Below are positions 12,140-20,340 of a stretch of DNA of 32,000 nucleotides, one piece after another. The stretch's first letter is position 1. Each line of letters starts with the position of its first letter. Both the position numbers and the translations under genes were made by a program. Source of the stretch: Methanothermus fervidus DSM 2088 (GTDB taxonomy: Archaea > Methanobacteriota > Methanobacteria > DSM-2088 > Methanothermaceae); the NCBI GenBank assembly GCA_000166095.1, contig CP002278.1, positions 480,001 through 512,000 on the forward strand, written 5' to 3'. The notes beneath the pieces were generated by a model. The model saw only the letters and a program-made list of their open reading frames with translations, had not been told where the DNA came from and did no database searches.

Positions 12140-13233
12140 GTTCTCTGCCACACAGATTCTGGAATTAATAATGATAGATTTTTTTTGATAACTTCTTTAA
12201 ATAACTTTGAATATTTGTCCATATCACCATATTTAGATAATAATTCCTCAATATTATTTTCTTTAATTTTCCTGAATAGGTAATCTAGTTGTTTATCATT
12301 CATTAAACTTAAAATTTTTTTGATTAATAATTGTATTCTAAGTTCTTTACCATATTTTTTGTAATATTCTTCATGATATTTCTTTAATATTTTAGGATTA
12401 TTTTCTTCAATGGCTTCTTTAAGTACTTCTGTAGCTATTTTTGCAGCTGAAAAACCCAATATTAATCCACCATAAGTTGTTGGTTTCACTTGTGATGCTG
12501 CATCTCCAATTAATATTGTTCTACCATTGTATATTTTTTTAAATTCTGGAACAGGTACAAACCCTCTGTATTTTTCTAACACGCCTTTCACCTTATATTT
12601 ATCCATTATTCTGTATAGATCTTTTTTATTTCCTGACAATAATCCTATTCTTGCCAATTTTTTTGATAAAGGTATCATCCATGCAAATCCTGGGAGTAAT
12701 TTAGAAAATAAATGTATTTCCACACAATCTTTCTCGATATTATCGATTTCAACTAAATATTGAATGGCAGGGATTAGTTTTGAAACAGCCTTAGAATTAT
12801 ACCCACTTGCATCAACTACGAACTTTGCTTTCACAATTTTGTTTTTTACATATACTTTGGCATCATCATGATTTATTTTTTCTACTTTATGTCCCAAAAA
12901 TACATCAACACCATTTTCAATGGCTTTGTTCAACAAATATTGATCATATTTTACTCTATCTATCACATATCCAACATAATCTTCTTTAGAAACATTTATA
13001 GATATATTAGATGGTGAATATGCTCTGGCTTTCCTAACCTTATTTATTATAACATTTTCAGGTAGGGGATTTAATTTTGATATTTTTCTTGATACTAATC
13101 CAGCACATTGGAGTGGAAGACCTACTTGTTTTTTCTTTTCATATATACAAACATTAAACCCTTCTTCGGCTAAAAATCTAGCAACTGTAGAACCTATAGG
13201 TCCAGCTCCAATTACAATGACATCATATTTCAT
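12124..13233 (-). CDS. Geranylgeranyl reductase-family FAD-dependent oxidoreductase
   Basis: Motifs are the N-terminal dinucleotide fold VIVIGAGPIGS, LQCAGLVS (the GGR Cys motif position), GFAWMIP (YxWxFP-like) and LIGDAASQVKPTTYGG (the GDAAG motif region). Confidence 0.7.
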   Translation of the reverse strand: MKYDVIVIGAGPIGSTVARFLAEEGFNVCIYEKKKQVGLPLQCAGLVSRKISKLNPLPENVIINKVRKARAYSPSNISINVSKEDYVGYVIDRVKYDQYLLNKAIENGVDVFLGHKVEKINHDDAKVYVKNKIVKAKFVVDASGYNSKAVSKLIPAIQYLVEIDNIEKDCVEIHLFSKLLPGFAWMIPLSKKLARIGLLSGNKKDLYRIMDKYKVKGVLEKYRGFVPVPEFKKIYNGRTILIGDAASQVKPTTYGGLILGFSAAKIATEVLKEAIEENNPKILKKYHEEYYKKYGKELRIQLLIKKILSLMNDKQLDYLFRKIKENNIEELLSKYGDMDKYSKLFKEVIKKNLSLLIPESVWQRTWNFF

Positions 13234-13244
13234 TTTTACCAGCC

Positions 13245-13739
13245 TTATTTTTTTGATTCATAAGATGATATCAGTTGATTTATCTTTTCCTCAAATTCTT
13301 CTGGTCTTGGAATTTTTCTCAAAATAAGTGGTGCAATATCATGGCCACCTCTAATCTCCATGTCACCTACGTTGAACATCCTATCAATTATTCCTTGATG
13401 TATTGTTATATCCACTATTTTAGGATAATGTATGTAGGCCCTCTCTTTTCTAAGAAAACCACTCTCAACTATCAATCTATGATCTGTTAGTATATAGTTT
13501 GTGAATTTCCAAGATAGGAAATCCAAGAATATTGATAATATAAGAATAATACCAATGAATGCGAAAATATAAGTCAGCAATGTTATTAGAGGTAGAGGTA
13601 TTAGTGTTTTCTCAATGTCATAAAGAAAATTCATAGCTAATGGAAATAAATATATTAAAATTAAAAGGAATATCAATTTCACTGGTAAATTTGTGTAAAG
13701 TATTATATTTGGACGTGTTTTATAAACAATATTCTCCAT
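13245..13739 (-). CDS. Membrane protein with bacterial-type PH domain (bPH_2/YdbS-like)
   Basis: Two hydrophobic helices are followed by YILTDHRLIVESGFLRKERAYIHYPKIVDITIHQGIIDRMFNVGDMEI, the signature shape of the bPH_2 (ex-DUF304) domain. ATG 13739 is preceded by GGTGAT. GTG 13748 is an alternative start. Confidence 0.65.
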   Translation of the reverse strand: MENIVYKTRPNIILYTNLPVKLIFLLILIYLFPLAMNFLYDIEKTLIPLPLITLLTYIFAFIGIILILSIFLDFLSWKFTNYILTDHRLIVESGFLRKERAYIHYPKIVDITIHQGIIDRMFNVGDMEIRGGHDIAPLILRKIPRPEEFEEKINQLISSYESKK

Positions 13740-13745
13740 TGTTAT

Positions 13746-13753
13746 CACCGGTG
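13746..13753. promoter_or_regulatory. Perfect palindrome CACCGGTG that provides a GGTG Shine-Dalgarno element in both directions for the divergent genes
   Basis: GGTG on the plus strand lies 7 nt before ATG 13761. GGTG on the minus strand lies 6 nt before ATG 13739. Confidence 0.4.
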
Positions 13754-13760
13754 TCTACTT

Positions 13761-14492
13761 ATGATCCATGAAAATATAAGGATAGAAGAGACAAACATAA
13801 ATTTGATTACAGACATTGTTAATCATAATTTATATTCTTTTATTATATCTCAAAGAACAAAACTTAAAAACTACATTTATAGAAATCCGTATTTTTTAAT
13901 TTCCTTTGAACCTGTTTCTATAGATGATTCGTCGCCAAAAATTGTTAAATTGATGGCAAAGGCTAGTAGGAAGGCAGGAGTAGGCCCAATGGCCTCTGTT
14001 GCTGGAACTATTTCACAACTCTCATTGGAATATCTAATTAGGAAAGGCTCTAGGCAAAGTATTGTAGATAATGGTGGTGATATAAGTTTAATAAATAAAA
14101 GGAAAAAGGTTATTGTAGGTCTTTATGCTGGAGATTCACCATTTTCAGGTAAAATAGGGTTCAAAATTAAAAAAAATAAAAAACCTTTGGGAATATGTAC
14201 ATCTTCAGGAACTGTAGGTCATTCAATAAGTTTTGGTAGAGCAGATGCAGTAACTGTTTTTGCAGAAAATGCTAGTGTTGCAGATGCAATTGCAACTTCA
14301 ATAGGAAATTATGCAACAGGTAAAAAAGATGATGAAGCTTTACAGAATGCACTAGATAGAGCAGATGACCTTAAGGAACATTTTAAAGGTGTTTTGATAA
14401 TTGTGGGTGAACATGCAGGCGTAGTTGGTAAAATACCTAAACTAGTCGCTACAAATAAAAAGGTTGTCTTAAGTGAATTATGGGAAATATAA
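13761..14492 (+). CDS. UPF0280-family protein (ApbE-like fold), function unknown
   Basis: 243 aa with GPMASVAGTISQ, VDNGGDISL and CTSSGTVGHSISFGRADAVTV, as I recall for the archaeal UPF0280 family. The assignment is from memory of the family signature and has not been searched. Confidence 0.6.
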   Translation: MIHENIRIEETNINLITDIVNHNLYSFIISQRTKLKNYIYRNPYFLISFEPVSIDDSSPKIVKLMAKASRKAGVGPMASVAGTISQLSLEYLIRKGSRQSIVDNGGDISLINKRKKVIVGLYAGDSPFSGKIGFKIKKNKKPLGICTSSGTVGHSISFGRADAVTVFAENASVADAIATSIGNYATGKKDDEALQNALDRADDLKEHFKGVLIIVGEHAGVVGKIPKLVATNKKVVLSELWEI

Positions 14493-14554
14493 GCCTCAGA
14501 TCGCCCATCATTCATCACAATTCACTCAGAGCTCATAGGGATCATCATAGGGCT
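14492..14554 (-). ncRNA. C/D box sRNA (guide for 2'-O-methylation)
   Basis: The minus strand reads AGCCCT-ATGATGA(C)-TCCCTATGAGCT-CTGA(D')-GTGAATT-GTGATGA(C')-ATGATGGGCGAT-CTGA(D)-GGCT. Both guide spacers are exactly 12 nt. A 4-bp terminal stem AGCC/GGCT is present. The element is locally GC-richer than its surroundings and lies in a convergent intergenic gap. Confidence 0.85.
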
Positions 14555-14566
14555 AAAAGTAATTGT

Positions 14567-15799
14567 TTATCCAAACATCACTCCAGTTTCTTTTCTGAAA
14601 TCCTCTTTTCTTTCGACAGTTAAAATCTTATCAATAGCTTTAATGAAGTCACTCATGGTTACTTCTTCTCTTCCATCTCTAATTGCAAACATTCCTGCTT
14701 CAGTACAAATAGCCTTTATATCTGCACCTGATGAACCTTCAGTCATCTTAGCTAATGATGATATATCAACATCGTCAGCTAAAGACATGTCTTTTGTATG
14801 AATCTTTAATATCTCTTTTCTACCTTCCTCATCTGGTAGAGGTACTTCTATTAATCTGTCAAATCTTCCGGGTCTTAGTAGTGCAGGATCTAAAATATCT
14901 GGTCTATTTGTAGCTGCAATTATACCAACATTTCCTCTTGATTCAAAGCCATCAAGTTCTGCTAATAGCTGCATTAAGGTCCTCTGAACTTCTCTATCAC
15001 CAGATGTGGAGCTTCTTAATCTTCTGGCAGCTACAGCATCTATTTCATCTATGAAAATTATACTTGGTGACTTTTCTTTAGCTAACTCAAAAACTTCTCT
15101 TACTAATCTTGCTCCTTCTCCAATATATTTCCTGACAAATTCTGAAGCAACCACTTTTATGAATGTTGCATTTGTTTCATGGGCAACAGCCTTTGCTAGC
15201 AATGTTTTTCCAGTTCCAGGTGGTCCATATAGGAGTACACCTTTTGGAGGTTCTATACCTACTTTTTCAAATAGTTCTGGTTTTTTAAGTGGTAATTCCA
15301 CTGTTTCTCTAACTTCCCTAATTTGTTTTTTCAATCCGCCAATTTGATCATATCCAACTTCTGGTCTCTTTTCAACTTCCATTCCAACAACTGCAGGATC
15401 TTTCTCACTTGGTAGAACATCTACTATGTTAAATGTTTGTTGATTAAGGGCAACTCTTGTTCCAGGTTCTATTTTTTTACCATCTAAATTTTTTGGACGA
15501 TTAACAACAAAATATGGTCCTGTACTACTTTTCACTGCCACTCTTTCGTCGTCCAATATTTCAGTGACAGTGCCTATTACTAATGGCGGTGTCCTAAGTC
15601 TTTCAATTTCACTTCTCAATGACCTAACTTCTCTGTCCAGTCTCATTTTTTCGTTTTCTATTAATAATTTATCCTTCTCTAGTTTCCTGATTTTCCACAT
15701 TAAATTCCTTTTGATTCGTTTATTCTCCTCTCTGAGCATCCTTATTTCTTTTTTAAGATTTTCAATTCTTTTGAATAATTGTGCAGGAGAATCTCGCAT
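14567..15799 (-). CDS. pan: Proteasome-activating nucleotidase (AAA+ ATPase)
   Basis: An N-terminal coiled coil and an OB region are followed by Walker A GPPGTGKT, Walker B IIFIDEID and the second region of homology. 410 aa. Confidence 0.93.
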   Translation of the reverse strand: MRDSPAQLFKRIENLKKEIRMLREENKRIKRNLMWKIRKLEKDKLLIENEKMRLDREVRSLRSEIERLRTPPLVIGTVTEILDDERVAVKSSTGPYFVVNRPKNLDGKKIEPGTRVALNQQTFNIVDVLPSEKDPAVVGMEVEKRPEVGYDQIGGLKKQIREVRETVELPLKKPELFEKVGIEPPKGVLLYGPPGTGKTLLAKAVAHETNATFIKVVASEFVRKYIGEGARLVREVFELAKEKSPSIIFIDEIDAVAARRLRSSTSGDREVQRTLMQLLAELDGFESRGNVGIIAATNRPDILDPALLRPGRFDRLIEVPLPDEEGRKEILKIHTKDMSLADDVDISSLAKMTEGSSGADIKAICTEAGMFAIRDGREEVTMSDFIKAIDKILTVERKEDFRKETGVMFG

Positions 15800-15999
15800 A
15801 ATTCTTTAACACTCCTATTAAAATTATCTATACATATTTTTTGTTTCACTAATATTTAAACTTTAATTCAATTTGTTCTATCTTTATACACAGATCTTTA
15901 CAATATGGGAAAATAAAAATTTTTAACTAAAAAACATGAATAGCAAATATAAAAAATTCATATTTTAAAAAATAAAAGCTAATTTAAAAAGGTGTGAAA

Positions 16000-18441
16000 A
16001 TGAGTAATTTGAAAATAAATGTATCAAAATATCTCCTAATAATTCTAATGATAGCATTTTTCACAAGATTGATTCCAAGCAAGCTTACAATACTTGTAGG
16101 CAATGATGCTTATGTTCACAAGGATATTGTTATAAGATTAGCAAATGAAGGATTAGGAATTTTGTCATGGAACCTGAAATCTATAACAGGAATAAGTCAA
16201 TATGGTTATCCTGTTCTTTTCCACCTTCTTTCTTTAGCAATTTATAAAATTTTTCAAACAAAACTAGTATTTTTCTTAATACCTCCTGTTTTAAGTATTT
16301 TCACAATATTTATATTTTATAAAATGGCATGTGAAATTTTCAATAATAAAAAGATAGGACTTGCATCTACATTTTTATTTGCTTTTGCTCCATCCTATTT
16401 TGTAAGGACGTCTATATTCATACCAGAATCTTTAGGACTTTTCTTCTTTATTTCTATACTTTATTTACTTGTAAAGTATATAAAATCCATAGAAGGGCAT
16501 GAGAATTTAAAAAATTTTGAATTAAGAAACTTTTTTAAAATATTTACAGGAGAAAAAAAAATTATAGTTGCAGCAATAGCATTGTTTATATTATATGTTT
16601 TTACACATAGAGGGTGGGTATTCCTCCTTCTTACTTTACTTCTTTTACTCCTGGTTTTCTTATTACCATCAATTAAAAAAGAACCAAAATTATTGCCTAT
16701 AATTGTCATATTATTAGCTTTATTTGGTTTTATATTTATTAAAAATGCAGAAAGGTTACAAACACAAACTGTAGCATTTTTAGGGTTTTTCAAATGGTTA
16801 GGTGCCATTCAATTAGTTTTAGGCGTATATGCAATTTTTAAATATTTTAAATCTAATAATCCAATTTATAAATTTATAGTTTTGTGGGCAATATTATTTA
16901 TTTTTGCTGGTGCATATTCCTTTAGATTTAGGGATCCATATTTAGCAATTCCTATATGTATTTTGGCAGGTCCTATACTATTAAAATTTATAAATACTAT
17001 AAAATCCTTCAAAATAAATAAAAAATTGAAACCATTTGTTTTATTATTGCTTTTATCAATAGTTGTTTTACAAGGCGTTGCTGTATCTTATTCAAGTGTC
17101 GCAAAACCAACAGAAAGGCATTTAGCTGCTTTCAATTTTATAAAAGACAACACGCCAAAAAATTCAATTTTCCTTGCTAGTAGGGACGATGCATATTTAC
17201 TAGTAGGTGAGACTGAAAGAAAAGATATTATTTTACAAAAAAGTGTGTATCAAGGGTTATTTGATAAACCACCTTCACTTAATGAGGTACGTACTGTCCA
17301 AAACGATGTTAATGAAATGCTAAATTCTCCATTATTAAATGAAGTTTATTTCCTGTTAGAGAAATATAATGTTACATATATATATTTAGCTAAAGGAACT
17401 TACAATAATTCAACGTTAAGTAAATATATGGCATTTGATCCACATTTTAAACCATTATTCATCTCCAGAGATGCAATAGTTTATCAATATGTGGCAGAAC
17501 CGAAACTAACAAGAAAAGAAAAATTAAACATCAATGAAAAAAGCATAAAATTTATTGAAGAATTTTGGAATGGATATTCATATTCTGATACAATAGGTAC
17601 TTCTCTATACAATGACACATTGGATATCGAGTTTAGAGATGTTTTTCCAGGAAGTCCTGACTTGAATGCTATGATTTCTCTACTCTACAATAATCTCTCT
17701 GAAAAATACCCCGAGTTAAAAACAAGGTCAGAATATATAATAGATTGGTTAGCTTGTAAGCAATTAGATAATGGATCTTTTGTTGGTGGGACAAGTCCAC
17801 CAGAAGAATATACGCTTACAACTATGAGTACAATATATCCTCTACTTCAATTTAATTCTGGGAATGAGAAACATAGGATAATAGTTAAAAAAGGAATTGA
17901 ATATGTTGAGTCCCAGACATCGAAGGATTCTATTCAGGTTTCGAACTTTTATGAAAATTCCAATGATTATTTAAGTTTAAAAACAGATTCTCAAGTTAGT
18001 GGCATGTATCCAAAAAATAAAAAGGGAATTATCGAGAAAGTAATATCAAAACAAAGAGAAGATGGCTCATGGTATGATGAAACATATAAAAACATTGGAA
18101 TTTTAAAAGGTTTATGTCTCTACTATAATTATACGAAAGATCCTAGGGTGTTAGATAGTATAAAAAAAGGTGCTAAATGGCTTAAATCACATCAAACAAA
18201 CTTTGGTAAATTTAAAGATGATGGTAATCCAGAATATTGTATAAGTCAATATGCAGATGCCTGCATTGTATACCATGTTGCAGGCGATGAAAGTTCAATG
18301 AAAAAAACATTGAATTATATATTTTCAAAGAAAATAGAAGATGATCCAACACCTCTAAGATCCTATCTAACTTTAATTTATGATCTTAGCATGATTTATG
18401 GTAATGAAAAAGCATTGAATTTAGCAGAAAGAATAATATGA
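16000..18441 (+). CDS. GT-C-fold membrane protein, STT3/AglB-like paralogue with a divergent catalytic motif and an extra C-terminal repeat domain
   Basis: About 13 predicted TM helices are present. The first loop contains GNDAYVHKD (compare the STT3 D-x-x-Y-H loop). After the last TM comes FIKDNTPKNSIFLASRDDAYLL, which aligns by eye with the STT3 NTPxxxxxxSWWDYGY region. The C-terminal roughly 310 aa carry KQLDNGSF, KQREDGSW and HQTNFGKF repeats. ATG 16000 is preceded by GGTG with 5-nt spacing. Confidence 0.6.
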   Translation: MSNLKINVSKYLLIILMIAFFTRLIPSKLTILVGNDAYVHKDIVIRLANEGLGILSWNLKSITGISQYGYPVLFHLLSLAIYKIFQTKLVFFLIPPVLSIFTIFIFYKMACEIFNNKKIGLASTFLFAFAPSYFVRTSIFIPESLGLFFFISILYLLVKYIKSIEGHENLKNFELRNFFKIFTGEKKIIVAAIALFILYVFTHRGWVFLLLTLLLLLLVFLLPSIKKEPKLLPIIVILLALFGFIFIKNAERLQTQTVAFLGFFKWLGAIQLVLGVYAIFKYFKSNNPIYKFIVLWAILFIFAGAYSFRFRDPYLAIPICILAGPILLKFINTIKSFKINKKLKPFVLLLLLSIVVLQGVAVSYSSVAKPTERHLAAFNFIKDNTPKNSIFLASRDDAYLLVGETERKDIILQKSVYQGLFDKPPSLNEVRTVQNDVNEMLNSPLLNEVYFLLEKYNVTYIYLAKGTYNNSTLSKYMAFDPHFKPLFISRDAIVYQYVAEPKLTRKEKLNINEKSIKFIEEFWNGYSYSDTIGTSLYNDTLDIEFRDVFPGSPDLNAMISLLYNNLSEKYPELKTRSEYIIDWLACKQLDNGSFVGGTSPPEEYTLTTMSTIYPLLQFNSGNEKHRIIVKKGIEYVESQTSKDSIQVSNFYENSNDYLSLKTDSQVSGMYPKNKKGIIEKVISKQREDGSWYDETYKNIGILKGLCLYYNYTKDPRVLDSIKKGAKWLKSHQTNFGKFKDDGNPEYCISQYADACIVYHVAGDESSMKKTLNYIFSKKIEDDPTPLRSYLTLIYDLSMIYGNEKALNLAERII

Positions 18442-18962
18442 TAAGTCTTGCAAAATACAGAGATAAATACTTTGCTGTCAGTACTTTAAGTGGTAAAGTT
18501 GTATCAAGTAGTTTAGGAAGAAAAAGGCCTGAATTAGCAATTAAAGACCTTAAAATAATTGTTGGTAATTTTTCTGAAGATAATTCTATCGCAATTAAAT
18601 TAGGAGAAGCTTATTATGGTAAAAAAGTTAAATTTAAAATTTTAAATTTAACAACTGGCTTTCAAAGGAAAGTTTTAGAAAAAGTTTCAGAAATACCGTA
18701 TGGACATGTAACGACATATAAAGACATTGCAAATTCACTTGAAACTAAAGCTTATCGTGCTATTGGCAATGCCCTCAGCCATAATCCTTTACCAATAGTC
18801 ATTCCATGTCATAGAGTTGTAAGGAGTGATCACAAAGTAGGAGGATATCGTGGTGGAACCAGAATGAAAGAAGAAATACTTAAGAATGAAGGTATTAAAA
18901 TAAAAAACCATAGGATTTTAAATTTTAAAAAACATTATGTGGAACTCTGTGTTAGGCAATAG
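18438..18962 (+). CDS. ogt: Methylated-DNA--protein-cysteine methyltransferase
   Basis: The active-site PCHRVV motif and the upstream IPYGHVTTYKDIA and AYRAIGNALSHNPLPIVIP are present. The start overlaps the upstream stop as ATGA. Confidence 0.88.
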   Translation: MISLAKYRDKYFAVSTLSGKVVSSSLGRKRPELAIKDLKIIVGNFSEDNSIAIKLGEAYYGKKVKFKILNLTTGFQRKVLEKVSEIPYGHVTTYKDIANSLETKAYRAIGNALSHNPLPIVIPCHRVVRSDHKVGGYRGGTRMKEEILKNEGIKIKNHRILNFKKHYVELCVRQ

Positions 18963-20334
18963 CTTTCTTTTCTAGAAAATCTGGCAATTCTGAGGAATCT
19001 CTTGGACCAACCACAACTTTCCAACCAGTTTCATCTTCAATTTCACCACTAACTGATGCTGCAAGCCCTGGAATTATTAAAGTTCTATGTTTGACCTTTT
19101 CTTCTATCCCTGTTTCTTTGATTAAATCTGCTACTGCTTTTCCATTAAATTGACCTCCAGCCACCGAAACATCTACAGCTTTACCTCCAGTATCAAGTAC
19201 TAACAAATAGCAATTAGCTTTACCTGATTTTAAGTCACCTTCAACAGTATAATATGTTAATGAAAAATTAGTTGTTATAATCACTGGTGAATTTTCGTCT
19301 ACTTTACCAAACTCATATAAACCAGGATCTACAGCTTGAGGCTTTCTTGGGTCTGTGTAAATAGATTGTCTAAGTGTTAATACAGGTAACAATTCCCAAA
19401 CTTCTGTGCCTCGTAGTATTAGTATATCAGCATATCTGTTGATTAGTGCAGCGGCTACCATGGCTTCTCTTATACCTTTCTCAATCTCATCAGCGCTGTA
19501 CATTCTTGCTAATGCAGGTACACCCATAATTGGAAATCTGAAATCATCATCCTTTTCTTCTATAGCTAATCTCCTTATCATTGTAAAATTATCCAGAGTA
19601 TCGCCTATTGCTTCACCAACCAATGTACCTGGATCTAGAATAATATCTTCAACTCCTAAATTTCTAAGTTTACGTGAAAGTTCTTTCATTTTTTCTAAAT
19701 CTGATTGTACAAATAATACTAAAGGACAATCATATTTTTTAGCTAATTCTGCCATTTCATCTATATTTTCTTCTGTTGCAGCATAAATTATCGGTCTTTC
19801 ATCCCCAACAACTTTAAGTGCAGCCTCCATTGACTTTGAGTTGAATGAGCAAAGAATTAATGGATATTTTGAATTTTTCAATTTTTCTGCGGCCTTAGCA
19901 AATTTTTCAGGATCATTTGATTTATTCCTTAATGCAATTGCATCTAATGTTAATTTTTCTCCAGTCCTTTCTATTTCAAATTTTTCTAATCTTTTTACCT
20001 TTTCCATAAAATTTTCTTCATCAGTAACATCGATAGCTAAAGCCGTTGGGTTATAAAAAGTTAGTTGATACCTATAGAGAACCTCATCGCCACCAATAGT
20101 AACCTTTTTCTTTCCTTTGCCAAATGTTATTTCTTTTACAGCAGGTGCTAAAAGTTCTTCAAGTTTCTCTTTTTCAGCCCCTGACAACAATGGACAATCT
20201 TCTATTTTTTTCTTTTTTTCCAATAATTTTGTTGCAAATGCCATACAAGATGATTCTCCACAACGACCACAATTAGTTTTTGGAAGTAACTTATAAATAT
20301 CCATCGCTGTAAGTTCCATAACTATTGCCTCCAA
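18952..20334 (-). CDS. cdhE: Acetyl-CoA decarbonylase/synthase gamma subunit (corrinoid/Fe-S protein large subunit)
   Basis: The N-terminal LLPKTNCGRCGESSCMAFA Fe-S motif, 460-aa length and position in the cdh operon support the call. The exact start is ATG 20334 or ATG 20319. Confidence 0.9.
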   Translation of the reverse strand: MEAIVMELTAMDIYKLLPKTNCGRCGESSCMAFATKLLEKKKKIEDCPLLSGAEKEKLEELLAPAVKEITFGKGKKKVTIGGDEVLYRYQLTFYNPTALAIDVTDEENFMEKVKRLEKFEIERTGEKLTLDAIALRNKSNDPEKFAKAAEKLKNSKYPLILCSFNSKSMEAALKVVGDERPIIYAATEENIDEMAELAKKYDCPLVLFVQSDLEKMKELSRKLRNLGVEDIILDPGTLVGEAIGDTLDNFTMIRRLAIEEKDDDFRFPIMGVPALARMYSADEIEKGIREAMVAAALINRYADILILRGTEVWELLPVLTLRQSIYTDPRKPQAVDPGLYEFGKVDENSPVIITTNFSLTYYTVEGDLKSGKANCYLLVLDTGGKAVDVSVAGGQFNGKAVADLIKETGIEEKVKHRTLIIPGLAASVSGEIEDETGWKVVVGPRDSSELPDFLEKKAIA

Positions 20335-20340
20335 TAGCAG

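Noticed and set aside
14567-14581. The PAN C-terminus ends ...GVMFG, with penultimate Phe instead of the Tyr of the HbYX proteasome-gating motif.
   Set aside because: This is a conservative aromatic substitution. Without an alignment of PAN orthologues I cannot tell whether it is lineage-typical, so it is not strong enough to call a functional anomaly.
15936-15961. An inverted repeat ATGAAT-N14-ATTCAT and a 10-codon mini-ORF in the pan/GT-C divergent region.
   Set aside because: The arms are only 6 bp in about 85% AT sequence, which is expected by chance. The mini-ORF has no SD.
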